Shown: positions 62,933-64,000 of the stretch, one piece after another
How positions within the stretch are numbered: the first letter of the stretch is position 1
Layout of the letters: every line of letters starts with the position of its first letter
Source: Eledone cirrhosa
Taxonomy: Eukaryota
Direction of reading: 5' to 3'
Length of the DNA stretch: 64,000 nucleotides
Assembly (NCBI GenBank): GCA_964016885.1
Contig: OZ024743.1
Location: 261,082,001 to 261,146,000 of the forward strand
Made by a program: the position numbers and the translations under genes
The notes under the pieces: model-generated
The model's input: only the letters and a program-made list of their open reading frames with translations
Database searches by the model: none
What the model was told of the DNA's origin: nothing

Positions 62933-64000
62933 TATGTTACAGGTATATAAGGCAGGTCAGGGTGGTATGTTATAGTAATATAAGGCAGGCCAGATGGTAT
63001 GTTGTAGGTATTTAAGACAGGCCAGGTTGGTATGTTATAGGTATAAAAGATGAGAACAGGGTGGTATGTTATAGGTATATAAGGCAGGCCAGGTTGGTAT
63101 GTTATAGGTATAAAAGGCAGGCCAGATGGTATGTTACAGGTATATAAGGCAGGTCAGGGTGGTATGTTATAGGTATATAAGGGAGGCCAGGTTGGTATGT
63201 TACAGGTATATAAGGCAGGCCAGATGGTATGTTACAGGTATATAAGGCAGGCCAGATGGTATGTTACAGGTATATAAGGCAGGTCAGGGTGGTATGTTAT
63301 AGGTATTTAAGGCAAGCCAGGTTGGTATGTTATAGGTATATAAGGCAGGCCAGAGTGGTATGTTACAGATATATAAGAGAGGCCAGATGGTATGTTATAG
63401 GTATATAAGGTTAGAACAGGGTGGTATATTATAGGTATATAAGGCAGGCCAGGGTGGTATGTTATAGGTATATAAGGCAGGCCAGGGTGGTATGTTATAG
63501 GTATATAAGGCAGGCCAGGGTCGTATGTTATAGGTATATAAGGCAGTCCAGGGTCGTATGTTATAGGTATATAAGGCAGGCCAGAGTGGTATGTTACAGG
63601 TATATAAGGCAGGCCAGGGTGGTATGTTATAGGTATATAAGGCAGGCCAGATGGTATGTTACAGGTATATAAGGCAGGCCAGGGTGGTATGTTACAGGTA
63701 TATAAGACAGGCCAGATGGTATATTACAGGTATATAAGGCAGGCCAGGGTTGTATGTTATAGGTTTATAACGCAGGCCTGGGTGGTATTGTACAGGTATA
63801 TAAGGCAGGCCAGGGTTGTATGTTACAGGTATATAAGGCAGGCCAGGGTGGTATGTTATAGGTATATAAGGCAGGCCTGGGTGGTATTGTACAGGTATAT
63901 AAGGCAGGCCATGGTTGTATGTTACAGGTATATAAGGCAGGCCAGGGTGGTATGTTACAGGTATATAAGGCAGGCCAGGGTGGTATGTTATAGGTATATA
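62933..64000. repeat. 31-33-bp minisatellite (CAGGCCAGGGTGGTATGTTATAGGTATATAAGG)n
   Basis: About 30 tandem units running off the window end. Confidence 0.95.

Noticed and set aside
63421-63672. RYIRQARVVCY repeat protein
   Set aside because: In-frame reading of the 33-bp minisatellite; neighbouring units shift frame.
62933-64000. CRISPR-like periodicity
   Set aside because: No unique spacers, no cas genes, eukaryotic context.

Overview
AT-rich, repeat-saturated eukaryotic DNA, most likely a coleoid cephalopod such as an octopus. This is inferred from the SINE/RTE repertoire and the huge (TA)n arrays, not proven. The only host gene I can support is an ELOVL4-type fatty-acid elongase on the minus strand: first coding exon 25552-25618 (MEVVKDKLIEAQEFYNWTLSFS) and second coding exon 21936-22123 (DPRVADWPLM...NFHICFE), both with canonical splice sites and matching phase. 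Later exons were not found, so 1-21935 is probably intron. The rest is kb-scale TA/TACA/TATG/CA microsatellite, many RTE-clade LINE fragments (two subfamilies, both with a PHD-type C4HC3 zinc finger inside the RT region), CR1-like, CRE, R4-like and Penelope-like retroelement remnants, tRNA-derived SINEs with interchangeable tails, a solo LTR, a Tc1/mariner remnant, MITE-like palindromes, degenerate hammerhead ribozyme motifs and a 33-bp minisatellite. Most notable: the PHD-bearing RTEs that nearly always abut (TA)n, a 64-bp hairpin whose mismatches are almost all G-U on one strand, hammerhead-like folds, and a near-perfect 126-bp inverted repeat just upstream of the ELOVL4 start exon. The long I/Y/M/C/H/T/V ORFs are microsatellite artefacts.
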